Origin: an uncultured Candidatus Saccharibacteria bacterium
GTDB taxonomy: Bacteria > Patescibacteriota > Minisyncoccia > Phycocordibacterales > CAIRYW01
Direction: 5' to 3'
DNA: 64,000 nucleotides
Assembly (NCBI GenBank): GCA_964386665.1
Contig: CAYLQP010000003.1
Coordinates: 28,731-92,730, forward strand
A program made the translations under genes and the position numbers. Within the stretch, counting starts at the first letter, position 1. Every line of letters begins with the position of its first letter. Positions 17,489 to 27,958 of this stretch are shown here, piece by piece. The notes beneath the pieces are model-generated. The model saw only the letters and a list, made by a program, of their open reading frames with translations, had not been told where the DNA came from and made no database searches.

Positions 17489-18832
17489 TTATTGATTCCC
17501 TAGACTGTTTTTTGTAATGTTGATCTTAGATGTGTTTGATGTGACGCTCGAAAACCAAAATGGAGTGACTATTACTTGGGCTTTTTCGATAATAGGAAAT
17601 TGTGTAAGAATCTTTGGTATTTCTTTCTTTTTTTGACCTACAATTGCGGTTTTTAGCTTCTCATCGTCTAAATGATAGGTAAACCGAACTGTCCCATTAA
17701 ATCCAAACGTAGCGCGTGTTCCCTCTTCTGTAATCGAGACAATCTGCAAACTAGCAAAATCTGGGTTAGTATTAAATCCTTCTTCCAAAGGTATTTGTTT
17801 TTCTTTTGCAAGGACCGCGAGTAGTTCCGTAGCCTTGAATGTAAATGCCTTGATGGTTGCTTTCATCGTTATTTTTGCTTTATCACCTTCATTTACACTT
17901 GAAACTGGCTCAAAGGCTATACGATAAGCACCTTCGAGAAGAATAAATTCTTTTGGTAGTTCAGCTCGCACTTTTGCAATAATTGCTGTTTCGAGCTCTT
18001 TTTTCATTTCTGTTTCAAGTCCCAAAAGAGCTTCTGCTTCAATGACAGGTACTGTACCTTCCATACCTCCAAGCATTAACGTCTTTGATCGAGCATAAAA
18101 CCCATTAAACTTTGGTGTACCTTTAAATCCAGGGATTGTAAAATCAGAAAGAGGTATATTAAAACGAGCACCAGCTTCATCCGCAGTTACAGCCACCTCA
18201 ACACTTCCTGGAACAATTTTACCAGAAACAGTCTTCTTACCAGGAACTATGACTGATTTATCGATTCTAAATATATGTCCATTTTGATCTTCTAGTCTCG
18301 TTCCAGCAACGAGTTGTTGTGTAGCTGTACTGAAGTTATTGAATACAACAACGGTTCCTTTTGCTTTGGCAGAGACTTCTTTTTGACCCTTGGCTTCAAC
18401 CACCTTTGAAACTTCGTCACTAAGCTCCACGGTATTGAACCGGAAAGAAGCTTCTTGGTTCGAATCACTTTCAGCAAAAAAAGATTCATTTTCAATTGTA
18501 AATGTTGCTTTTTTTAGATCGATAACAACTTCGGTTTTAGAAAACAACCATAATAACGTCCCAACCAAGAGCACCAATGCTGAAAAAGCGACGAGCCACA
18601 TTGTTTTGCCAGATGTTTGGTTTTGTTTTTTGAAAGATGAGACAGACTCGGTATCAGTAAAGACATCCTCATCAGGCGTATCAAATACTTCTTCTTTTGT
18701 AAGTTTTCTTCTTGGTTTTGAAACTCGTTCGTTTACATCAGATGCTTCAACATTGAGTCGTTTATGAGATAACGGAATATCTCGTATTGAGCGTTTTTCT
18801 GATGGGATAATATCTCTTAGTGAACTTTTCAT
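17489..18832 (-). CDS. Bitopic membrane protein with large extracytoplasmic domain (hypothetical)
   Basis: About 75-aa cytoplasmic N-terminus, one TM helix (MWLVAFSALVLLVGTLLWLF), then a ~350-aa soluble domain. Confidence 0.45.
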   Translation of the reverse strand: MKSSLRDIIPSEKRSIRDIPLSHKRLNVEASDVNERVSKPRRKLTKEEVFDTPDEDVFTDTESVSSFKKQNQTSGKTMWLVAFSALVLLVGTLLWLFSKTEVVIDLKKATFTIENESFFAESDSNQEASFRFNTVELSDEVSKVVEAKGQKEVSAKAKGTVVVFNNFSTATQQLVAGTRLEDQNGHIFRIDKSVIVPGKKTVSGKIVPGSVEVAVTADEAGARFNIPLSDFTIPGFKGTPKFNGFYARSKTLMLGGMEGTVPVIEAEALLGLETEMKKELETAIIAKVRAELPKEFILLEGAYRIAFEPVSSVNEGDKAKITMKATIKAFTFKATELLAVLAKEKQIPLEEGFNTNPDFASLQIVSITEEGTRATFGFNGTVRFTYHLDDEKLKTAIVGQKKKEIPKILTQFPIIEKAQVIVTPFWFSSVTSNTSKINITKNSLGNQ

Positions 18833-18882
18833 ATTTGTGTCATTATACCTAAAAAAAAATTTTAATTCTACTGTGGAAAGAT

Positions 18883-20055
18883 TTATAACATCTGAATATA
18901 CAAAACCGAAGTTGCAAGGACTGTCTCAAGAGATGAATTGTGGACAGTCTCCTCATATGTGACAAACTGTTCAAGATCTTTGTGTGTGAAAAATAATCCC
19001 TTAAATCCATCAGTAGTGAAAGTGTGGTTTATGTATTCTTCCGACAAGAACCATTTGGCAAGTAGATGTGTCTCAAAACTATTATCTGCAAATATAACCG
19101 TGTTTGGTAATAAAATGTTTTTGTTTAAATGCTGAAATGCTTGTCCCAAAAGTTCCTTGAGTACGTGTTGTGCCTCAGCAAAAAGCTTCAAGAGCTCGGA
19201 TTTCTTTTGATCAGTAAGCCCATTAGTTCGATACAGTTTAAGAAAACTGTATGCTTCTGTCTTTGAACAATCAAATCTCTTCATTATTAGTTCAAGTATG
19301 TACTGTTTTCCATATGGCACCGATACACTTGATTCAATAGAACCATTTGAGATATGGATCATCTCAATAACATGAGCTTCTGGTAATATCAGAATATAGT
19401 CTTTCTCTTTGATATACTCTGACATTACTGAAAAAGTTGATAATGAATATGTGTGAACAAAGATTTCAAAGTTAGGTAAAAAGATACTGATTGTTTCGGT
19501 AAGTTGCTTGTACAAATCTTCTTCAACTACCGATACAAATCCTTTATATTCGAGTGATGAAACCCTTCGTCCAATCGGATCTTTGATGATATAACCATTA
19601 GCCTTAATAGAAACAACCTTTTTTTCGATATGAATACCATTTACAAGCACCTGATCAAATAGTTTTTCGGATTGTTGTTCAAGTATTTCTGGTGTCAGTA
19701 CAAATGAAGTAGTATCAGTGAACACGTGTGTTGTGGTTTTAGATAGGTACCAAGGAACCCCTAAAAACACATGGGTATACTTGAGATTAATATCTTCCTT
19801 CATTGTCTGAATATGCACAAGTCCTTCTTGCATAATAAGTTCGGCACTACGTTTGAGTACAACAAGCATTCGAGGAACTAAATGGGATCTGTCGAGCTCA
19901 TTGTGAACTGGTATAGACATTCGATGAACAAAGAGAACGTGAGGGAGTTTACCTGTTTCAAATTTTACAATGGCCGAAATAATTTCCCCACTTTCAATAC
20001 AAAAAATAACTGAGGTTTCGTCTTTAATGATTTTTTTTTGAAACAAATGTAACAC
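18883..20055 (-). CDS. Hypothetical protein, possibly a divergent actin-like (ASKHA, FtsA/PilM-like) fold
   Basis: N-terminal VIFCIESGEIISAIVKF (phosphate-1-like) and a later IHISNGSIESSVSVPYG (phosphate-2-like), but the catalytic Asp residues are not conserved. Confidence 0.35.
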   Translation of the reverse strand: MLHLFQKKIIKDETSVIFCIESGEIISAIVKFETGKLPHVLFVHRMSIPVHNELDRSHLVPRMLVVLKRSAELIMQEGLVHIQTMKEDINLKYTHVFLGVPWYLSKTTTHVFTDTTSFVLTPEILEQQSEKLFDQVLVNGIHIEKKVVSIKANGYIIKDPIGRRVSSLEYKGFVSVVEEDLYKQLTETISIFLPNFEIFVHTYSLSTFSVMSEYIKEKDYILILPEAHVIEMIHISNGSIESSVSVPYGKQYILELIMKRFDCSKTEAYSFLKLYRTNGLTDQKKSELLKLFAEAQHVLKELLGQAFQHLNKNILLPNTVIFADNSFETHLLAKWFLSEEYINHTFTTDGFKGLFFTHKDLEQFVTYEETVHNSSLETVLATSVLYIQML

Positions 20056-20213
20056 AGTAGTTTAATTATAAACTAACCTGTCGAATAACCAAATCACAAA
20101 AAACAAAAACTAAATAAGTTCAAGGATCAATGCTTTACACTTCAATGTTGAGTATTGAGAAATCAAGCGCTGTTTGTAGTTTGTTGTTTGGTTACCAAAT
20201 ACTTAGTGATAAG

Positions 20214-22091
20214 TTATTCGAGCACGGCTTTAATCCGTCTTACACCTGCTGAAACTGCCTCTTCTTTCTGAATCTTGAATGTTCCTTTGAGTTCTGAAGT
20301 GTTTTTGACGTGAGGACCTCCACAAAATTCTTTTGAAAATGCGTCTGCAATAGTGTCTCCAATGTAATACACAGAGACTTGATCACCGTATTTTTCTCCG
20401 AAGAAGTGAAGTGCTCCTGTTTCTTCTGCATCTTGCTTTGGCATAATTTTGTTTTGAACAGGGAGAGCTTCTCTAATCTTTTCATTTACGATATCTTCAA
20501 CTCTTTTCTTTTCTTCATCAGTCATTTTGCGTTCAAAAGAAAAATCGAACCGAAGGCGTTCTGGTGTGATGTTACTTCCCTTTTGACCAACAGTGCTTCC
20601 AAGCACATCTCGAAGAGCTTTGTGAAGTAAGTGGGTTGCGGTGTGGTATTGGAGAGACTTTTCACTCGTATCTCCAAGACCTCCTTTGAATTTTTGTTCA
20701 CTTCCAGCACGAGATAGGTCTTTGTGTTTTTTAAATTCAGATTCAAATGCTTCTTTATCTATTGCAATTCCTTTTTCTTTGGCAATCTCTTCGGTAATTT
20801 CAATAGGAAACCCGTACGTTGAAAACAAAATAAAAGCATCTTCCCCAGAAAGACTTCCTTTCTCAACTTGTTTTAAAAGCTCTTTATTTCCATCTTTAAG
20901 TGTCTTTCGAAACTTCTCTTCCTCACGCTTTATTTCTTCAGCAATAAAATCCAACTTTGCAAAAGTTTCTGGGAAGGCTTCTTTATAAAAAGAAAGCAGA
21001 GGTGACACAAGTGTACTGATTCCTGCATCTTGTATTCCAAGCTTATCCCAAAACCGAATCGCTCGTCTGAGAAGTCTTCTTACAAAGTATCCTTGCTCGC
21101 TATTTGTTGGCACTACCCCATCACCAATAAGAAAAACTGATGAACGAATATGATCTGCCACCACACGGAAAGTAGCTGTGAATTCTGTATCACTGTATTT
21201 TTTGCCTGATAATTTCTCGAGAGTATCAACAATACCGCCAAGCGTATCGATCAAGAACACATCACTCTTGTCTTCTGAGACCGCAACGATTCTTTCAAGT
21301 CCTCCTCCGAAATCTACGTTTTTTTGTGGCAATTTTTCAAAACCTGAAGCCGTGCGCCAATATTCCATAAACACAGAGTTTCCAATCTCAAGAAACCGTC
21401 CACAGTCGCAGTTAGGATGGCAATGTTCACCGAACTTCTTGTCATGTGTTACCGAATCAAATTCATAGAAGAGTTCTGAATCTGGGCCTCCTGGTTCTCC
21501 TTCTGGCATTTTTGAAGGCACACCACTTCGACTCCACCAGTTTTTCTTGACATCATAAGCAAAAATTTTCTCACCTTCTTTTATACCCCGCTTTCCAGCT
21601 TCTTCTTCGCTTATCATATCGGCATCAAGAGCATTGTCGATTCCTGCTTCTTTAAAAAGACTTTTCCATAGAGCAATCGCCTCATTGTCTTTAGCAATAC
21701 CCGTTTGCTCATCTCCACGAAATACAGTGACAAAAAGCTTTTCTGGCTTTATACCAATCTCTTTTGTTAAAAATTCGAATACAAATGGAAGTTGTTCATT
21801 CTTGAAATAATCACCAAGTGACCAGTTTCCAAGCATTTCAAAAAATGTTGTATGACGATTGTCTCCTATATCATCGATATCTTGAGAACGGAAACACTTT
21901 TGACTGTTGGTAAGTCTTACTCCTTCTGGGTGCTTTTCACCAAGCAAAAATGGTACAAGAGGTTGCATACCTGAGCCCGTAAAAAGCGTTGTAGGGTCGT
22001 TTTCTGGTACGAGTCGAGCCGAAGGAATGATAGTGTGCCCTTTTGATTTAAAAAATTCTAAGTATTTTTTTCTTACTTCTGCGGTTGTCAT
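20214..22091 (-). CDS. alaS: Alanyl-tRNA synthetase (short form: catalytic + editing domains, no C-Ala domain)
   Basis: N-terminal RKKYLEFFKSKGH…PSARLVP…DPTTLFTGSGM and the editing-domain HxxxH (HTATHLLHKAL). Confidence 0.85.
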   Translation of the reverse strand: MTTAEVRKKYLEFFKSKGHTIIPSARLVPENDPTTLFTGSGMQPLVPFLLGEKHPEGVRLTNSQKCFRSQDIDDIGDNRHTTFFEMLGNWSLGDYFKNEQLPFVFEFLTKEIGIKPEKLFVTVFRGDEQTGIAKDNEAIALWKSLFKEAGIDNALDADMISEEEAGKRGIKEGEKIFAYDVKKNWWSRSGVPSKMPEGEPGGPDSELFYEFDSVTHDKKFGEHCHPNCDCGRFLEIGNSVFMEYWRTASGFEKLPQKNVDFGGGLERIVAVSEDKSDVFLIDTLGGIVDTLEKLSGKKYSDTEFTATFRVVADHIRSSVFLIGDGVVPTNSEQGYFVRRLLRRAIRFWDKLGIQDAGISTLVSPLLSFYKEAFPETFAKLDFIAEEIKREEEKFRKTLKDGNKELLKQVEKGSLSGEDAFILFSTYGFPIEITEEIAKEKGIAIDKEAFESEFKKHKDLSRAGSEQKFKGGLGDTSEKSLQYHTATHLLHKALRDVLGSTVGQKGSNITPERLRFDFSFERKMTDEEKKRVEDIVNEKIREALPVQNKIMPKQDAEETGALHFFGEKYGDQVSVYYIGDTIADAFSKEFCGGPHVKNTSELKGTFKIQKEEAVSAGVRRIKAVLE

Positions 22092-22624
22092 ATATGAGGC
22101 ATAGTATAGCGCAGAGTAATCAAAAATAAAAATACCTCCCCTAACTTGTGGGAGAGGCGGGTAGTGTTTGAGCAGGTAGTCTTAGTAAGGGGATGAAAAG
22201 TTCTATTCCCCAGACATAGATCCTAACTGCGTTATCTACTACAGAAGAACTTATACCGCCAAAGAATTCTAGTGGTGAGTCTTTCGCATAACAAATTATT
22301 TCTGAAACGCGAACGGTTCGACACCTAGAGCGATGTTTGTAAGTTAGAAATATCCCAATCACACTTCCCGTTTCTCGCACCGCTTCAATGGTCCACCAAA
22401 TTCTTCTTCTCCTTAGATGTATTGACAGAAGGATTACAGAGGGTCCACACAAATCTGGAGTTTTCATTTTCTAATAAATAATAGTACACAAAAAATTGAT
22501 TATGTACAGTTTCTTTGATACGATAAAATTATAGATAGGAAACTTGAACTAATACAAACATGGGTTCTGATCTTCGTAACCCTCCTCTTACTTGTCACCA
22601 GTGGAGAATTCTCCAAGTTTGACT

Positions 22625-22650
22625 AAAACTTCCTTGTGAAGTTTTTTTTG
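22625..22650 (+). terminator. Rho-independent terminator (+ strand) just upstream of the next CDS
   Basis: aacttc-cttgtg-gaagtt + T8. Confidence 0.5.
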
Positions 22651-22665
22651 TGTTAGAATTTTCTT

Positions 22666-23304
22666 ATGAAGGCATTAAAAAATATTTTATCTCCAAAAGA
22701 ATTTCAATTACTAAAAAAACTCAACACTCCAATCAAGATTCAAAACTTTCTTGATACACTCCCTATCAACTTTGAAAAGAAAGCTGAAACGTATATGTCA
22801 CCTCGTCGGGTCCTTCAAGAAAAAAAAGCAATGTGTATTGAAGGTGCAATGCTTGCGGGAGTATGCTTGTGGCTACAAGGAGAAGAACCACTTCTCCTTG
22901 ACCTCAAGAGTTATAACGGTGATGATCACGTTGTTGCTATCTACAAACAAAATGGCTATTTCGGTGCTATCAGCAAGACGAACCACGCCACCCTTCGATT
23001 CCGTGATCCTGTGTACAAAACAATTCGAGAGTTGGCGACATCATACTTCCACGAATACTTTGATGTGAAAACAGGAGAAAAGATCCTTCGAAGCTTCTCT
23101 AAACCCTTTAACCTTCGAAAGAAATACGGTACAACGTGGATTACTCGAATGGATGAAATGTTCGATGTAGCAAATGATTTAGATACGTCTCCTCATATTA
23201 TGTTTACCTGCAAAGCCAACCTAAAACACCTTCGCTCTGCCGACAAAATGGAACTAAAGGCAGGCAACATTCTAGAATGGAAGAAAACCAACAAAAGAAC
23301 GTGA
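22666..23304 (+). CDS. Hypothetical protein, possible papain-like/transglutaminase-like Cys-His peptidase
   Basis: Candidate nucleophile Cys in KKAMCIEGAMLAG and a downstream His in DDHVVAIY. The motif-level resemblance is weak. Confidence 0.35.
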   Translation: MKALKNILSPKEFQLLKKLNTPIKIQNFLDTLPINFEKKAETYMSPRRVLQEKKAMCIEGAMLAGVCLWLQGEEPLLLDLKSYNGDDHVVAIYKQNGYFGAISKTNHATLRFRDPVYKTIRELATSYFHEYFDVKTGEKILRSFSKPFNLRKKYGTTWITRMDEMFDVANDLDTSPHIMFTCKANLKHLRSADKMELKAGNILEWKKTNKRT

Positions 23305-23323
23305 TTATGCTACAATAAAGCCC

Positions 23324-24202
23324 ATGACGAAACGAGAACATATATTTATTAATTTATTTGCAATACTTGTCTTGCTATCACTTGCTTCCTTTGGAATATA
23401 CAAATACTACCTACTAACACTTCAAAACAAAGCACAGACGCAAACAATACAAACTCTAGAGCAAAAGATCGCTCGCTTTGAAGAAGATATTACCAAGCGA
23501 GAAGAAGAAAAAAACAGCCTTGTGAATTCACTCCTTGCCGAACAGGAAAAGGTAAATCAGATTGGAAGTGAATTTGAAAAAATAGCTGATACAGTAAACA
23601 CACTCGAAAAGTTATCAAAAACAGATAAAGAGCTTCTACAAAAATACTCAAAAATATACTTCCTCAATGAGCACTATATTCCAGAAAAACTTACCCTTAT
23701 TGACCAAGACCTTTTGGCCACAGGTAGAAAAGAAATATACATCCACTCAAAGGTTAACTCTTATCTTGAAAAAATGTTTGAAGACGCACAAGATGACGGG
23801 ATTGATTTACGTGTTATATCTGGATACCGATCATTTGAAACTCAAAAAGCACTAAAAAGTGCTTACAGTGTCAATTATGGAAAAGGTGCAAATACGTTTT
23901 CTGCTGATCAGGGGTTTTCGGAACATCAACTGGGAACAACGCTTGATTTCACTACTAAGCAACTTGGCCAAAGTTTCGCTTCATTTGAACAAACAAAAGC
24001 TTACCAATGGTTAAATGAAAACGCACATCGTTATGGCTTCACTCTGTCATATCCAAAAGGAAACACGTTCTATATCTTTGAACCGTGGCACTGGCGGTTT
24101 GTTGGATTAGAACTTGCAGGAGACTTGCACGAAGATGGAAAACATTTCTATGATCTTGAACAACGTGAGATTGATACGTATTTAGTAAATATTTTTGATT
24201 AA
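23324..24202 (+). CDS. VanY-type D-alanyl-D-alanine carboxypeptidase (peptidase M15B) with N-terminal TM and coiled coil
   Basis: SGYRSFETQ, SEHQLGTTLD and EPWHWRF are the Zn-ligand motifs of VanY/M15. Confidence 0.7.
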   Translation: MTKREHIFINLFAILVLLSLASFGIYKYYLLTLQNKAQTQTIQTLEQKIARFEEDITKREEEKNSLVNSLLAEQEKVNQIGSEFEKIADTVNTLEKLSKTDKELLQKYSKIYFLNEHYIPEKLTLIDQDLLATGRKEIYIHSKVNSYLEKMFEDAQDDGIDLRVISGYRSFETQKALKSAYSVNYGKGANTFSADQGFSEHQLGTTLDFTTKQLGQSFASFEQTKAYQWLNENAHRYGFTLSYPKGNTFYIFEPWHWRFVGLELAGDLHEDGKHFYDLEQREIDTYLVNIFD

Positions 24203-24204
24203 TT

Positions 24205-25902
24205 CTACAAAAAGTATCTTGTCTTTATAGCGAGTAAATGTCGAGCACGATGTTTTTCGTAACTGCTTTGATCAAACACTGATTTTTTGATCATATCTCC
24301 AATATGTTTTGCACCAATATAATGCGGTACTGCCACATACGTTGCACCCGCTTCATATAATGCATCTGCTTCTTTTGAATCATGAGAAAGCAATATCACC
24401 ACAGCGTCTGGATTCTTACCTTTGGTATAGGTAACCAAAAGCATATTGGTGTCAAAATCTGGAATTGTTGAAACAACCAAAGATGTGTCTTTTAAATTGA
24501 GCTCATCAAGAAACTCGACATCCTCTGCATCACCAAATCGATGTGGAATATTTCTCTGTTTCAAGTCTTTGAGAGTGACAGGGTTAAAATCAACAATCAA
24601 AAATGTTTTGTGAATTGATTGAAACACTTTCACAAAATCCATCCCCACTCTTCCAAAACCAAACAACACAACATCGTATTTCACATCGGTATTATGTTCA
24701 TTACGAACACGTGTTTTGGTTGGAAATATTTTTTTTATAAATGGCTCACAAATATAAAACAACTTATCTGAGTACATAATCAAATACGATGAACCTGCAA
24801 TCGTAATCATCCCAACAACAGTCACGAGAGATAACACTTCAGTTGTAATAAATCCAAATGAATGTGAAAGTGCCATCAATATCAGCGAGAACTCGCTAAT
24901 CTGAGCTACGGTAAGTCCGGTTTGAAAGGAAGTTTTGTGTTTAAACTTCAACATATACATCAAAACAAACACAATAATCGGATTACCAATCAACACAAAA
25001 AGTGACAACATCACCCCATCAAAAACCAAACTCGATACATCAGTCACTACAAGACTCACTCCAAGCAAAATAAAGAAAAGTAAGACAAAGAAATCTCTGA
25101 GTGGCTTAAGTCTCGAACTAATTTCATACGCAAACGGAGACGCAGCGAGCGTTACTCCAGCAATAAGGGCTCCAATCTCGATTGAAAAGCCAACAAATGC
25201 AAAGATTGAAGAAATCCCAAATCCCCAAGCAAGCGAAAATATAAACAAAAACTCTTGATTTGAAGCAATGAAGCTCGTGAACTTGGATACAACCTTTGTA
25301 CTCAACAAATACAAAAAGACTGTGAGCAACACCCCTTGGACAACAAGAAACAAAATATGAAATCCGATAGAATTGTCAGTTGTCTGATGAGCTCCAAGGG
25401 TAGAGATCACCATCAAAATAATCGTTGCAACAACATCTTGTACCAAGAGCAGTCCTAAGGCTACTTTACCATACAGTTTTGTTAGGTCACCTTTGTCCGA
25501 AAGGAGCTTAAGAATAATGATTGTGCTACTAAGTGTGAGAGCAAGACTCACGAGGATTGCAGGTACGACCGCAAGACCAAGTGCAAGACAAATAAAAAAC
25601 CCTATAACCGACGTAAATACTACTTGCCCAAGCCCTGTGACAAAAGAAACCTTTCCCACTTCTTTTATAATATGAGGTGAAAGAGAAAGTCCGACAATAA
25701 AAAGAAGAATACTGATTCCTATTTTTGAAAACACTTCAATATGTTCAACTGATTCGATAACATTAAAAAAATAAGGACCAAGCAAAATACCCGAAAGAAT
25801 GTATCCAACAACAAGAGGTTGTTTCAAGAATCTCATTACAAAAGAAACGCATGTTGCAATGATCAAAATTATACTTAGTTCTAAAAAGATACTCATTTGC
25901 AC
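24205..25902 (-). CDS. CPA2-family monovalent cation:proton antiporter with C-terminal TrkA-N (Kef-type)
   Basis: About 12 TM helices of the Na+/H+ exchanger fold, then a Rossmann motif VVLFGFGRVGMDF. Confidence 0.75.
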   Translation of the reverse strand: MQMSIFLELSIILIIATCVSFVMRFLKQPLVVGYILSGILLGPYFFNVIESVEHIEVFSKIGISILLFIVGLSLSPHIIKEVGKVSFVTGLGQVVFTSVIGFFICLALGLAVVPAILVSLALTLSSTIIILKLLSDKGDLTKLYGKVALGLLLVQDVVATIILMVISTLGAHQTTDNSIGFHILFLVVQGVLLTVFLYLLSTKVVSKFTSFIASNQEFLFIFSLAWGFGISSIFAFVGFSIEIGALIAGVTLAASPFAYEISSRLKPLRDFFVLLFFILLGVSLVVTDVSSLVFDGVMLSLFVLIGNPIIVFVLMYMLKFKHKTSFQTGLTVAQISEFSLILMALSHSFGFITTEVLSLVTVVGMITIAGSSYLIMYSDKLFYICEPFIKKIFPTKTRVRNEHNTDVKYDVVLFGFGRVGMDFVKVFQSIHKTFLIVDFNPVTLKDLKQRNIPHRFGDAEDVEFLDELNLKDTSLVVSTIPDFDTNMLLVTYTKGKNPDAVVILLSHDSKEADALYEAGATYVAVPHYIGAKHIGDMIKKSVFDQSSYEKHRARHLLAIKTRYFL

Positions 25903-25941
25903 TTATTATATAATAATTTTTTCAAAAAAGAAAAATATAGT

Positions 25942-26298
25942 ATGATACATTTTATGAGAAATGTAATGAAAAGTTTTAGATGGGCGGTTAATGGCCTCAA
26001 GACAGTTTGGCGCGAAGAAAGAAACTTTCGTATTGAAGTGGTTATCGCCTGTATCGTTGTGAGTTATGGATGTCTCAAGGACCTTTCCGCATATTCCTGG
26101 GCGCTCTTATGTGTAGCTATCACTCTTGTACTTACCGCAGAGATTGTAAACACAGCAGTTGAAGATATATGCAACAAAATAGAACCAAAACAGGATAGTA
26201 CTATTGGTAAAATAAAAGACATTATGGCAGGATTTGTTCTCCTTGCTTCAATCTGCGCAACACTGCTTGGAATGATTATTTTTGAGATAGGTTTCTAA
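25942..26298 (+). CDS. dgkA: Diacylglycerol kinase-family (DgkA / undecaprenol kinase-like) membrane protein
   Basis: …RNFRIE…TAEIVNTAVEDICNK… is the prokaryotic DAGK signature, with 3 TM helices. Confidence 0.6.
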   Translation: MIHFMRNVMKSFRWAVNGLKTVWREERNFRIEVVIACIVVSYGCLKDLSAYSWALLCVAITLVLTAEIVNTAVEDICNKIEPKQDSTIGKIKDIMAGFVLLASICATLLGMIIFEIGF

Positions 26299-26301
26299 CA
26301 T

Positions 26302-27567
26302 ATGACACAAATACACATTGATGGCTTTCATACTGACGGATCAGGCATGACAAAGAAAGATGATTATACGTATCACATCTGGAACGGACTTCCTGGTGAA
26401 GATGTAGAAATTGAAATATCAAAAAAGAAACGACGTCATATCGAAGCTCTTGCAACAAACATACTTAATCCATCTCCAGTTCGAATCGAACCACTCGAAA
26501 AGGACTTTGTTTCTTCGAGTCCGTGGCAAATTATTGAGCTTGAAACAGAACTTCTCTTCAAGCGAAGCATCACCACCGAAGTATTCAAACAACTCCCTGA
26601 CATCATCGAGTTGTTTGCAAAAGAAAAGGTGTTTACAGATAGCACCCGTCTGCACTACCGACACAAGATGGAGTATCATATTTATACCGATGAAGAAAAT
26701 AACTTCCATCTTGGTATCTTTGGACGAACCGAAAAGAAAAAGATTCCTATCCCGCCAAGTATCCTCGCAACCGACGCACTCAATCTCACAGCATCAAAGA
26801 TCATTACATGGCTTGATGAAGTTAAATTCCCTCGCCCACTACTTAAAACCATTATCATTCGAAGTAATACAAAAGGAGAAACTGTTGCAGGGCTTTTTGT
26901 AAAAACACACGAAATCGAACAACTTCGCACTAACCCCTTTGATAACCTCACTATTTATTATTCAGAGCCCAAGAGCCCCGCTTCTGTTGCAACAGAACTT
27001 CTTGTTGAAGCAAAGAAACATACACTTACGCAGTCACTTCTTGGTATGCCGTTTACGTATGGGCTTATGAGTTTTTTTCAGATAAATCCTTCTGTGTTTG
27101 AAGCAACCCTTCGAGACATAGAACAGTTTATCGAAGCAGGTTCTTCAGTTGTGGACTTTTATTCTGGAGTTGGAACCATAGGACTTTCTCTTCGCAAGAT
27201 CGCAAAAGATATCGTTTTGGTAGAAGAAAACAGTGATGCAGTTACGTTTGCAAAACAAAATATCGAAAACAACAACATACAAAACGCGCAGGCGTTTTTG
27301 GGTCAAGCGCATACACTTCGAGAATACATCAATGCCGAAAGCATTCTTATCGTCGATCCACCACGAGGAGGACTTCATCCCAAGGTGATCAAAAAAATCA
27401 TCGAAACACTTCCTCCAAAACTCATTTATCTTTCTTGTAATATCGAAAGCCAAGCCCGTGATCTCCAAGACATCCTTCCTTTTTACAAACCAGTTTTTGC
27501 CAAGCTATACAACTACTTCCCTATGACTCCACATGTTGAGAGTTTGATTGTGTTGGAGAGAAAATAA
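26302..27567 (+). CDS. RNA (uracil-5)-methyltransferase, RlmD/RumA/TrmA family
   Basis: SAM-MTase motifs …DFYSGVGTIGL…, VDPPRGG and the catalytic LSCNIESQARDL. Confidence 0.75.
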   Translation: MTQIHIDGFHTDGSGMTKKDDYTYHIWNGLPGEDVEIEISKKKRRHIEALATNILNPSPVRIEPLEKDFVSSSPWQIIELETELLFKRSITTEVFKQLPDIIELFAKEKVFTDSTRLHYRHKMEYHIYTDEENNFHLGIFGRTEKKKIPIPPSILATDALNLTASKIITWLDEVKFPRPLLKTIIIRSNTKGETVAGLFVKTHEIEQLRTNPFDNLTIYYSEPKSPASVATELLVEAKKHTLTQSLLGMPFTYGLMSFFQINPSVFEATLRDIEQFIEAGSSVVDFYSGVGTIGLSLRKIAKDIVLVEENSDAVTFAKQNIENNNIQNAQAFLGQAHTLREYINAESILIVDPPRGGLHPKVIKKIIETLPPKLIYLSCNIESQARDLQDILPFYKPVFAKLYNYFPMTPHVESLIVLERK

Positions 27568-27676
27568 GTTTAGTTTTTTTAAAAAAATAATATTAAATGA
27601 ATAAGAATTGATTGTACACTTTTTTATTATAAAAAAGGGCGTCAACTACATAGCCAACACCTTAAATTGAAACGAA

Positions 27677-27859
27677 TTAACTTTTTTTACACCATACAAT
27701 AAGAGCACTACCACAGCTCCCAAAAATCATAAAACCTGCCTTATGTATGATTTGTGATTGCATACTCACTTGAGTGAAATTAATTCCAAGCAAGTGATCG
27801 ATAATTGTTAGCACCCATGCACCAGCAAGAAGGAACGCAATAAGAATAAAGATTTTCAT
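27677..27859 (-). CDS. Small membrane protein (60 aa)
   Basis: Two hydrophobic segments, ORF only. Confidence 0.25.
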   Translation of the reverse strand: MKIFILIAFLLAGAWVLTIIDHLLGINFTQVSMQSQIIHKAGFMIFGSCGSALIVWCKKS

Positions 27860-27958
27860 TTGTGTTTTTTTGTCCAGTGGTAAATATACAAGACAATAAA
27901 TAATATGTCAAACCACTTGAAATCTTTTTTTAAAACAATCTATCTATTACAAAACAGC

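Noticed and set aside
22141-22467. 108-aa minus-strand ORF upstream of alaS
   Set aside because: The amino-acid composition is implausible (RRRRIWW, Cys/Arg-rich). The region looks like structured non-coding sequence. Reported as an ncRNA candidate instead.
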